From the IMG/VR virus record IMGVR_UViG_3300029288_007102, positions 64,001 to 128,000 of that record: a stretch of DNA of 64,000 nucleotides. The stretch is one strand, 5' to 3'. The notes below the pieces were generated by a model. It did no database searches. It was given only the letters and a program-made list of their open reading frames with translations, and had not been told where the DNA came from. The first letter of the stretch is position 1. Every line of letters begins with the position of its first letter. A program made the position numbers and the translations under genes. The stretch is from a virus (lineage: Duplodnaviria > Caudoviricetes). Positions 1 to 9,545 of the stretch are shown one piece after another.

Positions 1-24
1 AAAATAAAAGCGAGGTGAATTGCT

Positions 25-501
25 ATGCCTTTAAATCCAACACCAGTAACAAGAACTAGGTTATCGATAGCCTACTCAATTTATATCACTGCTTATGATG
101 GGAAAAGACACAAAGTAGGTACCTTTAGAAAATTGAGCACATCTGAAAATAGGAACGTGAATGCTGTTTTCTCTATAGATTCTGATCTCTCCGGGCAACC
201 TTATGAGACTATTCCGGAAATTGCCAAAGACAAGAGCTTGACTTATGAAGCTTTAACTTTGTACACACAGAACCTTATGGAGGCTATTGCCGACAAGCAA
301 CAGAGAATAGAGTCGTTAGTAGATTTTAATATCCCATTTGACATAGAGGTCATAATCACTGCTCCCGATGGGTCGACAAAATCTAAGAAGTATGTAAGCT
401 GTTGGTTAACTAGTTATGATGAGAGTGTTGATATTGGCTCTCTTATTGTATCTGCAAGTGGCAAGATTATCTACGAGAGAATTGATTACCCATTGACATA
501 A
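25..501 (+). CDS. Probable tail tube protein
   Basis: 158 aa, upstream of chaperones and tape measure; C-terminal 'PFDIEVIITAPDG..KKYVSCWLTSY' resembles contractile tail tube proteins; SD GAGGTG. Confidence 0.65.
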   Translation: MPLNPTPVTRTRLSIAYSIYITAYDGKRHKVGTFRKLSTSENRNVNAVFSIDSDLSGQPYETIPEIAKDKSLTYEALTLYTQNLMEAIADKQQRIESLVDFNIPFDIEVIITAPDGSTKSKKYVSCWLTSYDESVDIGSLIVSASGKIIYERIDYPLT

Positions 502-507
502 AATGGA

Positions 508-1044
508 ATGAATAGGAGGATTAGTATGACTGTAAAAGAGAACGAAACTGATTCAAAACCGACTGTGACAGTGGTGGATTTAGAGGATCTTCTTTTTAAA
601 TCTAAAACACTACAAGATACTTTTACCATAGGCAAGCATAAGATATTAGTAAGAACTTTGACTGGTGCTGAGAGGAAAGAAGTGTGGGATAGGCCTATAG
701 TGAGATCGGCCTCTGGCATTCTTGATAAGATGGAGTTCTCTAAGATTCCGGTGCTTGCCAGGGTAATTGTTTCTATAGATGAGACACCTTGGATGGCAAG
801 AGATGAAATAAAAAGAATATTAGATAAGAATCCCTCCCGCAAACTGGAAGACGCCATCGAGGAATTTCTTGGCTCCTTGTCAAATGAAACCTTAAATATG
901 CTTTATGGTTTATATTTAAGGGTTATGTCCAAAGAAAGGCAGGCAATTGATTTGCTAAAAAAAGATTTACCGACCCTGCCTTCAGAAACAGGTGGCGAGT
1001 CTGCAGGAGTTTCGGGTATAGATTTGATGACTCGTCTGTTTTAA
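508..1044 (+). CDS. Tail assembly chaperone (G-like); likely start 526
   Basis: Between tube and tape measure; 'VRTLTGAER' motif; A-run slippery site near 3' end; SD AGGAGG before ATG at 526. Confidence 0.7.
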   Translation: MNRRISMTVKENETDSKPTVTVVDLEDLLFKSKTLQDTFTIGKHKILVRTLTGAERKEVWDRPIVRSASGILDKMEFSKIPVLARVIVSIDETPWMARDEIKRILDKNPSRKLEDAIEEFLGSLSNETLNMLYGLYLRVMSKERQAIDLLKKDLPTLPSETGGESAGVSGIDLMTRLF

Positions 1045-1349
1045 GCGATTTGAGTGAGATCCAACTTCTTTGGTGTCTTTTGAATACAGAAGAGGATTAT
1101 AAAGAGAAGGCCTCTTACAATAGAGATATGATTGAATCTTTATTGCCTTGGTTGAACCCCCAAATGTATTCTAAAATGAAAGAGCGAGAGAGGCTGGAAG
1201 AAGAGACTAGCGATTCTGAATATCAAGGGTATGTGGACGAGTTGAGGCAACATGGCGTACCAGAAGAAGAAATAAAGAGGTTTATAGATTTAGAAAAAAG
1301 GAGTAAGCGAGAGAAGGAAGCGAGACAAAAAGAGCTTACTTTAGGATAA
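951..1349 (+). CDS. Tail chaperone C-terminal extension (GT-like), reached by -1 frameshift
   Basis: -1 frame is open from 951 (after TGA 948-950) to 1349, reading KRFTDPAFRNRWRVCRSFGYRFDDSSVLSDLSEIQLLW...; no good independent start. Confidence 0.75.
   Translation, partial: FAKKRFTDPAFRNRWRVCRSFGYRFDDSSVLSDLSEIQLLWCLLNTEEDYKEKASYNRDMIESLLPWLNPQMYSKMKERERLEEETSDSEYQGYVDELRQHGVPEEEIKRFIDLEKRSKREKEARQKELTLG
957..964 (+). promoter_or_regulatory. Programmed -1 ribosomal frameshift slippery site A AAA AAA G
   Basis: Heptamer in the correct phase of ORF 508..1044, just inside the start of the open -1 frame. Confidence 0.75.
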
Positions 1350-1373
1350 TTACCTTACGTTGGAGTCCTTTCT

Positions 1374-3419
1374 ATGGTTGAAAAAGAAAAAGAGAAGAAA
1401 ATTGATATAGCAGCCGCAAGAGATCTAGTTTCTATTTTTGATGATCTCGATGATGCTTCTAAAAAGTATTTAGACAACATGGATTTAACAAAAAATGCTT
1501 TGAAGGAGCAGACTATAGAATTGGGACTCCAGACTAGGGAGTTAGAGTTGGCAGGGGTGTTGACAAAAGCCCAGGCAGATATGATATACAAAACCCTTTA
1601 TACTTTTGGGCAGTTAGAAAAATCATCAAAGATGTTTAGCGATAATGTCGCCCGGGCAAGAAAAGACCTTAAAGAATCTGATATAGAAAAGCTTGCCAAA
1701 TCTTTTGATACAGTTAATGGGATGATCGGGAAAGTAAGTTCTAGTCTTTCGGGGATTGGAAAGAGTATTGGTGATATTGCCATAGGATTTTCTAAATCTA
1801 GAGGGGCTGGAGTAACAGCTGGTTTGGGGGCTTTGTTGGAGCTTGCTGTTGCTGTAAATAAAGAATTTGTAGAAATGAATAAACAGGCCATAACGGTTGG
1901 CGGTAGTCTTGGGAAATTAGCCTTACCGGGTAGAGCGGAACCATTTACGGGGTTTTTACAAAAAGAGGTAAGAGAGGCAACTGCGGGGTTGACGTTTACT
2001 TATGGCCGGGAAATAACTAAAGAGATGATTGGTGCTGGGGCAGGAATAGGAATAGCCCCCTCAAGAACGCCAGAAATAGAGTATATTGGGGCAGTATCAA
2101 GAATTATAGGGACAGATATAAGTACAGCTGCACAACTTGTTGCAGATATTTCCGTTAAAACAGGCAAAAGTATTGCTTCTACAGCTGTAGTTTTCCAGCA
2201 ATTTGGGGAAGATTTTGATGACATACGAGAAAATGTTAAAATGTCATTTGAGGAATATGTAGCCCAGGTAATGAATGTTTACGAAAGGACTCGTTTATAT
2301 GGGGGGTCCCTAGAGGAAGCAACTGCTATAACTAAAACATTTGCTTCTGAGTTAAGAACTGGCACATTAAGTATGGGGACTTTAACAAATATCCTTACTA
2401 CGGGGGGAAAATCGCCAACAGACACCTTTAAAGCTTTAGGGTGGCTTGGTGCTATGGGAATGACCGTTTCCGGCTCTGTAGGGGGCACAGCTGTCTCGGA
2501 GATGAGTCCTGTTGCTCAATCTATGGCGATATTTACAAACCCAAAGATCCAAGATGCTTTGATCTCCCAGCTCATGACTGCCGGGCAAAAATTTGGAGCT
2601 CAAATGGGGTATGGGGGAGCTGAGGGGAAGCTAATAGGGGAATACTTTCAAAGAGAGTTTGTGAGCCAGGTTTTTGGGGTTAATTTGGGGGCTTCTGAAT
2701 GGAAGACTTTCCAAGAAAAGGTTATGCCTGCGTTAGCGGCAGGGGTACCTGCTACCGAAGCAATGGCAGGGGCGGGGTTACAAACTGAGGCTGAGGCTAT
2801 GGCGGATTATATTACTGACTGGAGATTGTGGGCTAGCGAATCAAGAACTTGGGAAGATAAGGTAGAGTCTCTCTTGCAAATTATGGCTCTTCATTTAGGG
2901 ATAATCCCTGGGACTATAACTGCTTTAGCTAGCGGTCTTGCATCTCTCTTTCCTAATATAGAGGCGAGGATGTTTGACACTTTTACTTTAAAGGCTGAGG
3001 GGATGTTAAAAGGGGTATTAGAAGCAAAGGCGGCAGGGGAGTTAACTACAACAGATTATGAGAGGGCGATAGAAAGCTTTAAGGCGTTAACGGAAGCATT
3101 TCCTAAAATAGGCTTGGTGGCAAGTGCTGTAGCTTCCTATGGGTTAATGTTTAAGTCATTAGAGCCAACAGCGGAGACGTCGTTAGCTGGGTATGATTAT
3201 GGAACGAGCTATGTCCCGGCTACAGGGATGTATACCTTACATAAAGGTGAGGAAGTGGTTTCCTCACAGAGTGTTAATAGGGGGGCATCTATAGCGGTGA
3301 ATTTGAATATAGGGAGATTGGATTCTGCGGCAATAGAAGAGATAGGAAATTTGGCAAAAGAAAAAGTCATTTCTGAATTGAGAAGGCAAGCTCTTTATGA
3401 GCCAGCTTTTGGAGTATAA
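1374..3419 (+). CDS. Tape measure protein
   Basis: 681 aa, Ala/Gly-rich, helical; C-terminal 'GYDYGTSYVPATGMYTLHKGEEVV' motif typical of TMP ends; position. Confidence 0.8.
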   Translation: MVEKEKEKKIDIAAARDLVSIFDDLDDASKKYLDNMDLTKNALKEQTIELGLQTRELELAGVLTKAQADMIYKTLYTFGQLEKSSKMFSDNVARARKDLKESDIEKLAKSFDTVNGMIGKVSSSLSGIGKSIGDIAIGFSKSRGAGVTAGLGALLELAVAVNKEFVEMNKQAITVGGSLGKLALPGRAEPFTGFLQKEVREATAGLTFTYGREITKEMIGAGAGIGIAPSRTPEIEYIGAVSRIIGTDISTAAQLVADISVKTGKSIASTAVVFQQFGEDFDDIRENVKMSFEEYVAQVMNVYERTRLYGGSLEEATAITKTFASELRTGTLSMGTLTNILTTGGKSPTDTFKALGWLGAMGMTVSGSVGGTAVSEMSPVAQSMAIFTNPKIQDALISQLMTAGQKFGAQMGYGGAEGKLIGEYFQREFVSQVFGVNLGASEWKTFQEKVMPALAAGVPATEAMAGAGLQTEAEAMADYITDWRLWASESRTWEDKVESLLQIMALHLGIIPGTITALASGLASLFPNIEARMFDTFTLKAEGMLKGVLEAKAAGELTTTDYERAIESFKALTEAFPKIGLVASAVASYGLMFKSLEPTAETSLAGYDYGTSYVPATGMYTLHKGEEVVSSQSVNRGASIAVNLNIGRLDSAAIEEIGNLAKEKVISELRRQALYEPAFGV

Positions 3420-3421
3420 TA

Positions 3422-4096
3422 ATGCCATTAGATTTACAGGTTGATCTTACCAGCTTTCATATAGTGAATAACCTTTTTGATATGGGGTTAGAGTTTATAA
3501 CGATCCCTACATCTTTAGGGTTTAGGTATGATAAAAAAAATCCTATAACCCCAACAGTTAATGATTTTGTTATAGAGCATTGGAAAACTCCGCCACAAAC
3601 CTTAACTATAAGTGGGCAAACTAGATTTAGGATTCTTCAAAATTTCCTTGCAACTAAAGTCCCCTGGGCTATAAATTTAGACACTATAAGGTTTGGTCCT
3701 CAAACAACCTCTGTAACTAGCAATAATCAACAAGCTGGCCTTGTTCCTGTAGCGGACGTGGCCTATTGGCTTATAAATAAGATGGCATTGGACGATCAGA
3801 AGAGGCTTTCAGAAGTATTTGAATTGAAGACCAAGCAAGAGATAGATGCTAAATTAAAAGGGAAAGAAGATCGGGTTAGAACTTTTATCTATTTCAATTA
3901 TAGTATTTATGAGGTTATGTTTAATCAGGTTAATATTTCCAGAGACGCCACTAGAGTCGTTTTTACTTATACCTTAACCTTTACTGTTTTAAATTATAAG
4001 TCTATATATGATTATATTTTTAGAACGAAGTTGGGGAAGTATGCCTTAAAAGGGGTTATAGGGGCAGAGCTTTTAGGGGATCTTATAAAAATATGA
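3422..4096 (+). CDS. Tail/baseplate initiator-like structural protein
   Basis: Directly after TMP; 'EHW..PQTLTISG' and 'FTYTLTFTV' beta-rich tail-protein pattern. Confidence 0.5.
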   Translation: MPLDLQVDLTSFHIVNNLFDMGLEFITIPTSLGFRYDKKNPITPTVNDFVIEHWKTPPQTLTISGQTRFRILQNFLATKVPWAINLDTIRFGPQTTSVTSNNQQAGLVPVADVAYWLINKMALDDQKRLSEVFELKTKQEIDAKLKGKEDRVRTFIYFNYSIYEVMFNQVNISRDATRVVFTYTLTFTVLNYKSIYDYIFRTKLGKYALKGVIGAELLGDLIKI

Positions 4097-5910
4097 TACA
4101 TACATATGGAGCTGAAAAAAATCCTATAATTAAAATGTATGTTCTGAAGAAGAAAATAAACGAGTCTGAAGAAAGGGCAGACAAGTACGACTCTTTTCTG
4201 AAAAATAAGTTGATGATAGATGGAGCAGATACCAAATATCACACCTTAATAGAATCTCTCCCTTTAATGTTTGATTATACAAAATATTGGATAGTCATGG
4301 GGCTGGAGAAGGCTATCCCGTCAATATCTACAGAGATCTCGGTTTCCGGCTCTGCTTCGGCAACTATTACCATCAAGAATTATCAAAAATGGCTCAATTT
4401 GATGAGGTTAGGAACATCTGATTTATATACTTACGGAACAATTTATCCAGAAACAGCTGCGTCTATGCTTCCTTTGAAATTTAAAGATAAAAATTATAAA
4501 TCTGACCAGGAGCTCTCCACATACATATTATCTGGAGAAAATTACAATAAGATGACAATGAGTCTTCCGGTGTTAGATTATGAGTCTGAAACTTTATTTT
4601 TTACAAATGACGCTGTTATTGTAAAGCAGTTTTCAAAACTATGTTATGAGCATGAGACTTGGACGTCAATAGACGATTGTTATAAAACTATATTTACGGG
4701 GTATATAAATAAGGTAGGTCAGGCAGGTAGGGGACAATCTAACGACATTACCCTTGAGTGTGAAGGGATGTCTAAAAGGTTGAGAGCAGATTTGTTTGTT
4801 CAATTTAGATCCTTAGCTGACTTAGTAGCTCAAACAGGAACAGCTACCGAAGAATATAGGCTTTCCGGAATTGCTTCTCCATTTAGCAATTTAACTGCGT
4901 CCCAGATGGTAAGTGAGATGCTTCTTAATTATTTTTATTTGGATGTTGGAAGGAAGTCGTTTAATTTTATAGCTGGGGAGGAAACTCTTACAGAGGCGGA
5001 TGGATATAAAAAGACAGCTAATTATTCTAATTTGTATATCAATAAAGATAATGTGAAAAAGTTTGCTGTAGTTAGAGATATAAACACGAGAGCGTTTGAT
5101 TATATAGAATTGAACGATTTTAATAATTATTTTTTTACTGAATATTATAGGCCATTAGAGCTAATAGATAATATGAAGAACAAGTTTATGTATTTTTTCT
5201 ATCAAAAAAATGATGGAACGTTTGTTTTTGATGATTTTAATCGGACGATCTCTTCAATTTCTGAGAAGGAATATCTATATAAAATAAATCTTGATAAAGT
5301 TTTTAGATTTAATATAACCCAGGATGATAGCACTTTGTTGACTCGAGTAAGGATTGTTCCTGAATTCCAATTTGATGTGGGAGTTTTAACTCAAATAGAG
5401 ACAAGGGAAGATATAATCCCAGACGTTGAAGAGAGATATGGGATTAGGACGTACGAAACAAAGACTATTCGTGGGGTTTCTTCCATAAAGGAAATTTATA
5501 ATTATGCTAGATCATATTTAATAAGAAATAACGATCAATATGAGAGTATGTCTATTGAAATGCTTGGGGACCCCTTATACGATTTAAACGATAATGTTCT
5601 TATTGAAGATTATATGACAATTTTTATGATAAATAAGATCTCCAGGAATATAGACTCTACTGGGTCAAATACGATGACCCTAGATCTGAGATTTTCAAGA
5701 AAACCATTAAATATAAAAGAGATGAATCGGATAGAAAACTCAGAAACGGCAAGCGTGAACGCCTTAACTGATGCTACAACAAAAGTTTACAAATTTAACT
5801 ATTTAGATCAATATGTGGATACAGCATCAGAAGAAAAAGTTTTATATGGACTGTATTGGCAAATTATTCCAAGACTGCTCTATAGTGAAGGAAGAATTCC
5901 GACGGGATAG
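4093..5910 (+). CDS. Baseplate hub protein (gp27/gpD-like)
   Basis: Position; 'IFTGYINKV', 'EERYGIR', 'SMSIEMLGDP' hub-type motifs. Confidence 0.65.
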   Translation: MIHTYGAEKNPIIKMYVLKKKINESEERADKYDSFLKNKLMIDGADTKYHTLIESLPLMFDYTKYWIVMGLEKAIPSISTEISVSGSASATITIKNYQKWLNLMRLGTSDLYTYGTIYPETAASMLPLKFKDKNYKSDQELSTYILSGENYNKMTMSLPVLDYESETLFFTNDAVIVKQFSKLCYEHETWTSIDDCYKTIFTGYINKVGQAGRGQSNDITLECEGMSKRLRADLFVQFRSLADLVAQTGTATEEYRLSGIASPFSNLTASQMVSEMLLNYFYLDVGRKSFNFIAGEETLTEADGYKKTANYSNLYINKDNVKKFAVVRDINTRAFDYIELNDFNNYFFTEYYRPLELIDNMKNKFMYFFYQKNDGTFVFDDFNRTISSISEKEYLYKINLDKVFRFNITQDDSTLLTRVRIVPEFQFDVGVLTQIETREDIIPDVEERYGIRTYETKTIRGVSSIKEIYNYARSYLIRNNDQYESMSIEMLGDPLYDLNDNVLIEDYMTIFMINKISRNIDSTGSNTMTLDLRFSRKPLNIKEMNRIENSETASVNALTDATTKVYKFNYLDQYVDTASEEKVLYGLYWQIIPRLLYSEGRIPTG

Positions 5911-5917
5911 AGGTTAT

Positions 5918-6589
5918 ATGCCTTTTGATTGGCCTTATGGCGAATTAGCAAAAAGAGAGTTTAATATACGATTTGGCATAGTAAGATCTGTAGATAATAA
6001 TGCCAAAAAGATGAAAATTGAAATGTGTGATACCCCGGGTGTCTATGTTGACATATACTTTCAAAATATGGTTCAACCAATGTTGGCATCGGGGTTGACA
6101 GCGGGCCAAGGGTGGGGAGTATACACAATCCCTACCGGAAATATAGGGACGGTTGCGGTCATTTGTTTTTATAAAAACGAGTTTCCTTTAGTTTTAGGTT
6201 ATATGGCCTCAGATTATAGAACAGATGTGGCCACAGGAAAACTTGATGATATAAAAAGTGGGGAGATAAAAATAAAATGTGTTAGAAAATCTGAAATATA
6301 TTTAGATGAAAACGGAAATTTATCCATAAAGTGTTTCGCTAAAATGACGATCTTAAACTATAACGATCCAACAGCAACAGCAGAAAGTTTAAGAATTGAA
6401 ATTGATGGCGGGAATATTGTTATGAATAATGGCACTAAGAATGTGGCAAGGGTGGGGGATACAGCGGCAGCCAATTCTGAATTGTGGACTTGGATAAACG
6501 ATGTTAGTACGGCTACGGGAGTGACTCCGCCAACGACCAGTACTATTGTAGCTATTAATTCGGGGACCAGTAAAATAAAAGTAGATTAA
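5918..6589 (+). CDS. Baseplate spike (gpV/gp45-like)
   Basis: N-terminal OB-like 'FGIVRSVD', C-terminal 'KNVARVGD...INSGTSKIKV'; ATG at 5918 follows GAGG. Confidence 0.65.
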   Translation: MPFDWPYGELAKREFNIRFGIVRSVDNNAKKMKIEMCDTPGVYVDIYFQNMVQPMLASGLTAGQGWGVYTIPTGNIGTVAVICFYKNEFPLVLGYMASDYRTDVATGKLDDIKSGEIKIKCVRKSEIYLDENGNLSIKCFAKMTILNYNDPTATAESLRIEIDGGNIVMNNGTKNVARVGDTAAANSELWTWINDVSTATGVTPPTTSTIVAINSGTSKIKVD

Positions 6590-6600
6590 GGAGAAATCTG

Positions 6601-8040
6601 ATGGCAACATTCTCTCAAATAGTTACATCAATGATAAACTATATTTTAGGTAAAAAGCCGGATGTGGACACAAGTGTCGGCACAGTACTAAGAGATGTTA
6701 CGATAGAATGTCCGGCAAATGAGATAACGAATCTTTATACAGAGATTGATACGACAAGGGAAATGATAGCTTTTTACGATAATGCCTCCCTTTTGACTAC
6801 TGATCAATTAGATAGTATTGCTAATAATTACGGTCTAACCAGATCTTCGGCAACTACCGCAACGGGGCAGGTAAGGTTTATAAAATATACTATCCCCACC
6901 TCAGATATAGTTATTCCGCAAGGGACCATTGTTTCAACAAGCTCTACAACAAACCAAACATCTGTCAATTTTTATACTCTTTCTCAGATAACAATGTCTG
7001 TTACAAGTTATATATACGATTCTGTTAGGGCATATTATTATGTTAACGGGGACATACAATGTACTGCTGCCGGGTCCTCCGGGAACGTAGCAGCAGATAC
7101 CATAACAACTTTCTCGAGTTTAGCCGGAATTGATCTTGTTTCAAATATTCTTCCGACAACTGGGGGGTCTGACTCCGAATCAAATGCTAATTTGGCCGGG
7201 AGAATAAGAACCAAATTGATGGGGAATAATTATGGGACAAAGAATGGGTATATTAGTCTTGTTAGCACTATAAGCCCTATAGTAGAAGTGATGGCTGTTG
7301 GGCCAAATGATCCTGGAATGCTTAGGAGTGAATATGGCGGAAAAGTAGATGTTTTTGTGAGACCTTCTTCTTATTCGGCAGGATTGGTATCAGAATCGGA
7401 GAATATTGTCTTTGTGTCTGGAACAAATACCTATGTGTTAACTTATCAACCGATTAGAGTCTCAAGCTCGGCAACGGTTACTGGAACTTATTTAGGAAGT
7501 GCTCATACTTTTGTTGAAACTTCTGATTTTGTTCTTTCGGCGGATACTGGCCAAGAATCTGGGTCTAATAGGGCAGCAGATAGTATTTCTTGGGTAGGAA
7601 ATAAACCAGATGATGGTACTGTCTTCACTATAACTTATAATTCTGTTGGGTATATAGCTACAGCTCAAGATTTGATAGATGGAGACACTTATCATATTTT
7701 AACGGCAGATGCTCTTGTTAGGGAGGCTGAGAGGGCTCTTGTCGATGCAACAATTTCTATAGTTAAACTGACAGGATATACTTTAACTTCTGTTTCTAGT
7801 TCGGTCACTTCCGCTTTTACAAGTTATATCACGGCATTGCCATTAGGGAGCAATTTGGATGAAAGTGATATAGTAAACGCTATTTATGATAATGCGATTG
7901 GGGTTGATTCTGTAATTCTTCCCTTTACTTTATTCCAGAAAAGAGATCTCCAGGGAACACATGTAGACGTTGACGGGAGAATAGAGGCTAGTAAGGGGCA
8001 ATATTTTGGAGTGGGGACTTTAACGATTTCTGTGAGGTAA
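6601..8040 (+). CDS. Baseplate J-like wedge protein
   Basis: 'LDSIANNYGLTRSSATTATGQVRF', 'IPQGTIV', 'CTAAGSSGNV', 'GGSDSESNANL..RI' are Baseplate_J motifs. Confidence 0.9.
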   Translation: MATFSQIVTSMINYILGKKPDVDTSVGTVLRDVTIECPANEITNLYTEIDTTREMIAFYDNASLLTTDQLDSIANNYGLTRSSATTATGQVRFIKYTIPTSDIVIPQGTIVSTSSTTNQTSVNFYTLSQITMSVTSYIYDSVRAYYYVNGDIQCTAAGSSGNVAADTITTFSSLAGIDLVSNILPTTGGSDSESNANLAGRIRTKLMGNNYGTKNGYISLVSTISPIVEVMAVGPNDPGMLRSEYGGKVDVFVRPSSYSAGLVSESENIVFVSGTNTYVLTYQPIRVSSSATVTGTYLGSAHTFVETSDFVLSADTGQESGSNRAADSISWVGNKPDDGTVFTITYNSVGYIATAQDLIDGDTYHILTADALVREAERALVDATISIVKLTGYTLTSVSSSVTSAFTSYITALPLGSNLDESDIVNAIYDNAIGVDSVILPFTLFQKRDLQGTHVDVDGRIEASKGQYFGVGTLTISVR

Positions 8041-8730
8041 ATGATGTCTATAGACTATAAATTGTTTAATCTGTGTGATCATTATATGATAGAGGAAGAG
8101 CTAGTCATATCAGGTCTTACAGCAACATTAAAATATACCTCCAATAAGAGTCTAAATCAGATGGTTGTTTTTAGAAAATATTGGGGGACGGAGATTGTTG
8201 GGTGGACTTTAGGGGCAGATGCTAAAACTATAACTTTTGTGTCAGGTTCTATTATAACAGACACAACAATTTATCCTCAACCGATTTATCTTTGCAATTA
8301 TACTGCAAATCAGATCTTCTGCCCAAAATGCCAAGGATCATCTGTCATGAAGGACATGAAATATTCTTCTTCAGGATTAATAGATGAAGTAGCAGATGCA
8401 GAAAAGTTAAAGCAATATTTAAAGAAGGCTATTATAACAACTATTGAGAGTAATTCTTTCCATGAAGATTATGGTACTTATTTATCAAGTTTGATAGGAT
8501 ACAGAATAACTCCACAAATGATTGTTAAGATGAACTTTACTATAGATCAGATGGGGGATTCGTTAAAAGGGTACCAGAACGACTCTTTTAACCTTAATGA
8601 TAAAGAAATAATTTATAGTATCTCTAATATAAAAATTGAGCAGACAGATGAAAGAACTTTAGGGGTAAATATAACAGTAACAAATAAAGAGTATGTTGAA
8701 ATTGAGACTTATATTGAGGTGCTTTTGTGA
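8041..8730 (+). CDS. gp25/GPW-like baseplate wedge protein with N-terminal Zn-binding extension
   Basis: 'EKLKQYLKKAIIT..SNSFHEDYGTYLSSLIG' gp25-like; CDH...CPKC motif. Confidence 0.7.
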   Translation: MMSIDYKLFNLCDHYMIEEELVISGLTATLKYTSNKSLNQMVVFRKYWGTEIVGWTLGADAKTITFVSGSIITDTTIYPQPIYLCNYTANQIFCPKCQGSSVMKDMKYSSSGLIDEVADAEKLKQYLKKAIITTIESNSFHEDYGTYLSSLIGYRITPQMIVKMNFTIDQMGDSLKGYQNDSFNLNDKEIIYSISNIKIEQTDERTLGVNITVTNKEYVEIETYIEVLL

Positions 8731-9545
8731 AGAAAGGGAAGATTGGTGCTGTTATCACTTATTATGAAAAACCAAAAGAATTATCTTATGTTTTAACTTC
8801 TTTAAAAAAACAGACAAAGAAGTTGTATGAAATTGTTGTTGTAGATGATCAATCCTCAACAGACTTTGGGGAAAAATTATGTAAAGAGATGGAAATAAAG
8901 TATATAAGACAGGAATATCCGACTAAGGAGTTCCGGGCTGGGCAAGCAAGAAATAAAGGATGGAAAGAATTAGATTCTGAGTATATTCTTTTTGTTGACG
9001 GTGATATTTTATTAGATAAGGAATATGTAGAGAAAGCTTTAACTTATCTTAACAATAACCCTGGAGATATGATTTCTGGTGATGTGATTATGTCTATTCC
9101 TGTTTCTGAAATCGAAAAAAAAAAGGTAGGGGATTTATTTTTAAAAAAAGTAAGTGAAAATTTGGAAATCCGAGATCTTCATTGGGATTTTCTTGGATCA
9201 AATCAGTTTGTTATCTCAAGAAAGATAATGAAGAAGTATGGCGGATTTGATGAGAATTATTATGGTTGGGGAGAAGAAGACACAGAATTGTTTTATAGGT
9301 TTTTTAAGGATGGGGTAAAAATAAAACTTAATCCTGAAATGAAAGCGTTGCATTTTGCTCATTCCAATAATTTTGCGTCTCATATGAAAACTATAAGAAG
9401 GAATGCTGAATATACAATAAAGAAACATCCAGAAATGAAAGATATGGCAAGAAGAGCTTGGTATTATTTTCATACTTTTGACACTTCTATTTCTATTAGA
9501 GGAGATAAGCCAGATTTTTTGTTGCCTATTGAGAGGAAAACCTGA
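8727..9545 (+). CDS. Glycosyltransferase family 2 (GT-A, with GT7C-like C-terminus)
   Basis: 'EIVVVDDQS', 'AGQARNKG', 'ILFVDGD', 'GGFDENYYGWGEEDTELFYR'. Confidence 0.9.
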   Translation: MKKGKIGAVITYYEKPKELSYVLTSLKKQTKKLYEIVVVDDQSSTDFGEKLCKEMEIKYIRQEYPTKEFRAGQARNKGWKELDSEYILFVDGDILLDKEYVEKALTYLNNNPGDMISGDVIMSIPVSEIEKKKVGDLFLKKVSENLEIRDLHWDFLGSNQFVISRKIMKKYGGFDENYYGWGEEDTELFYRFFKDGVKIKLNPEMKALHFAHSNNFASHMKTIRRNAEYTIKKHPEMKDMARRAWYYFHTFDTSISIRGDKPDFLLPIERKT

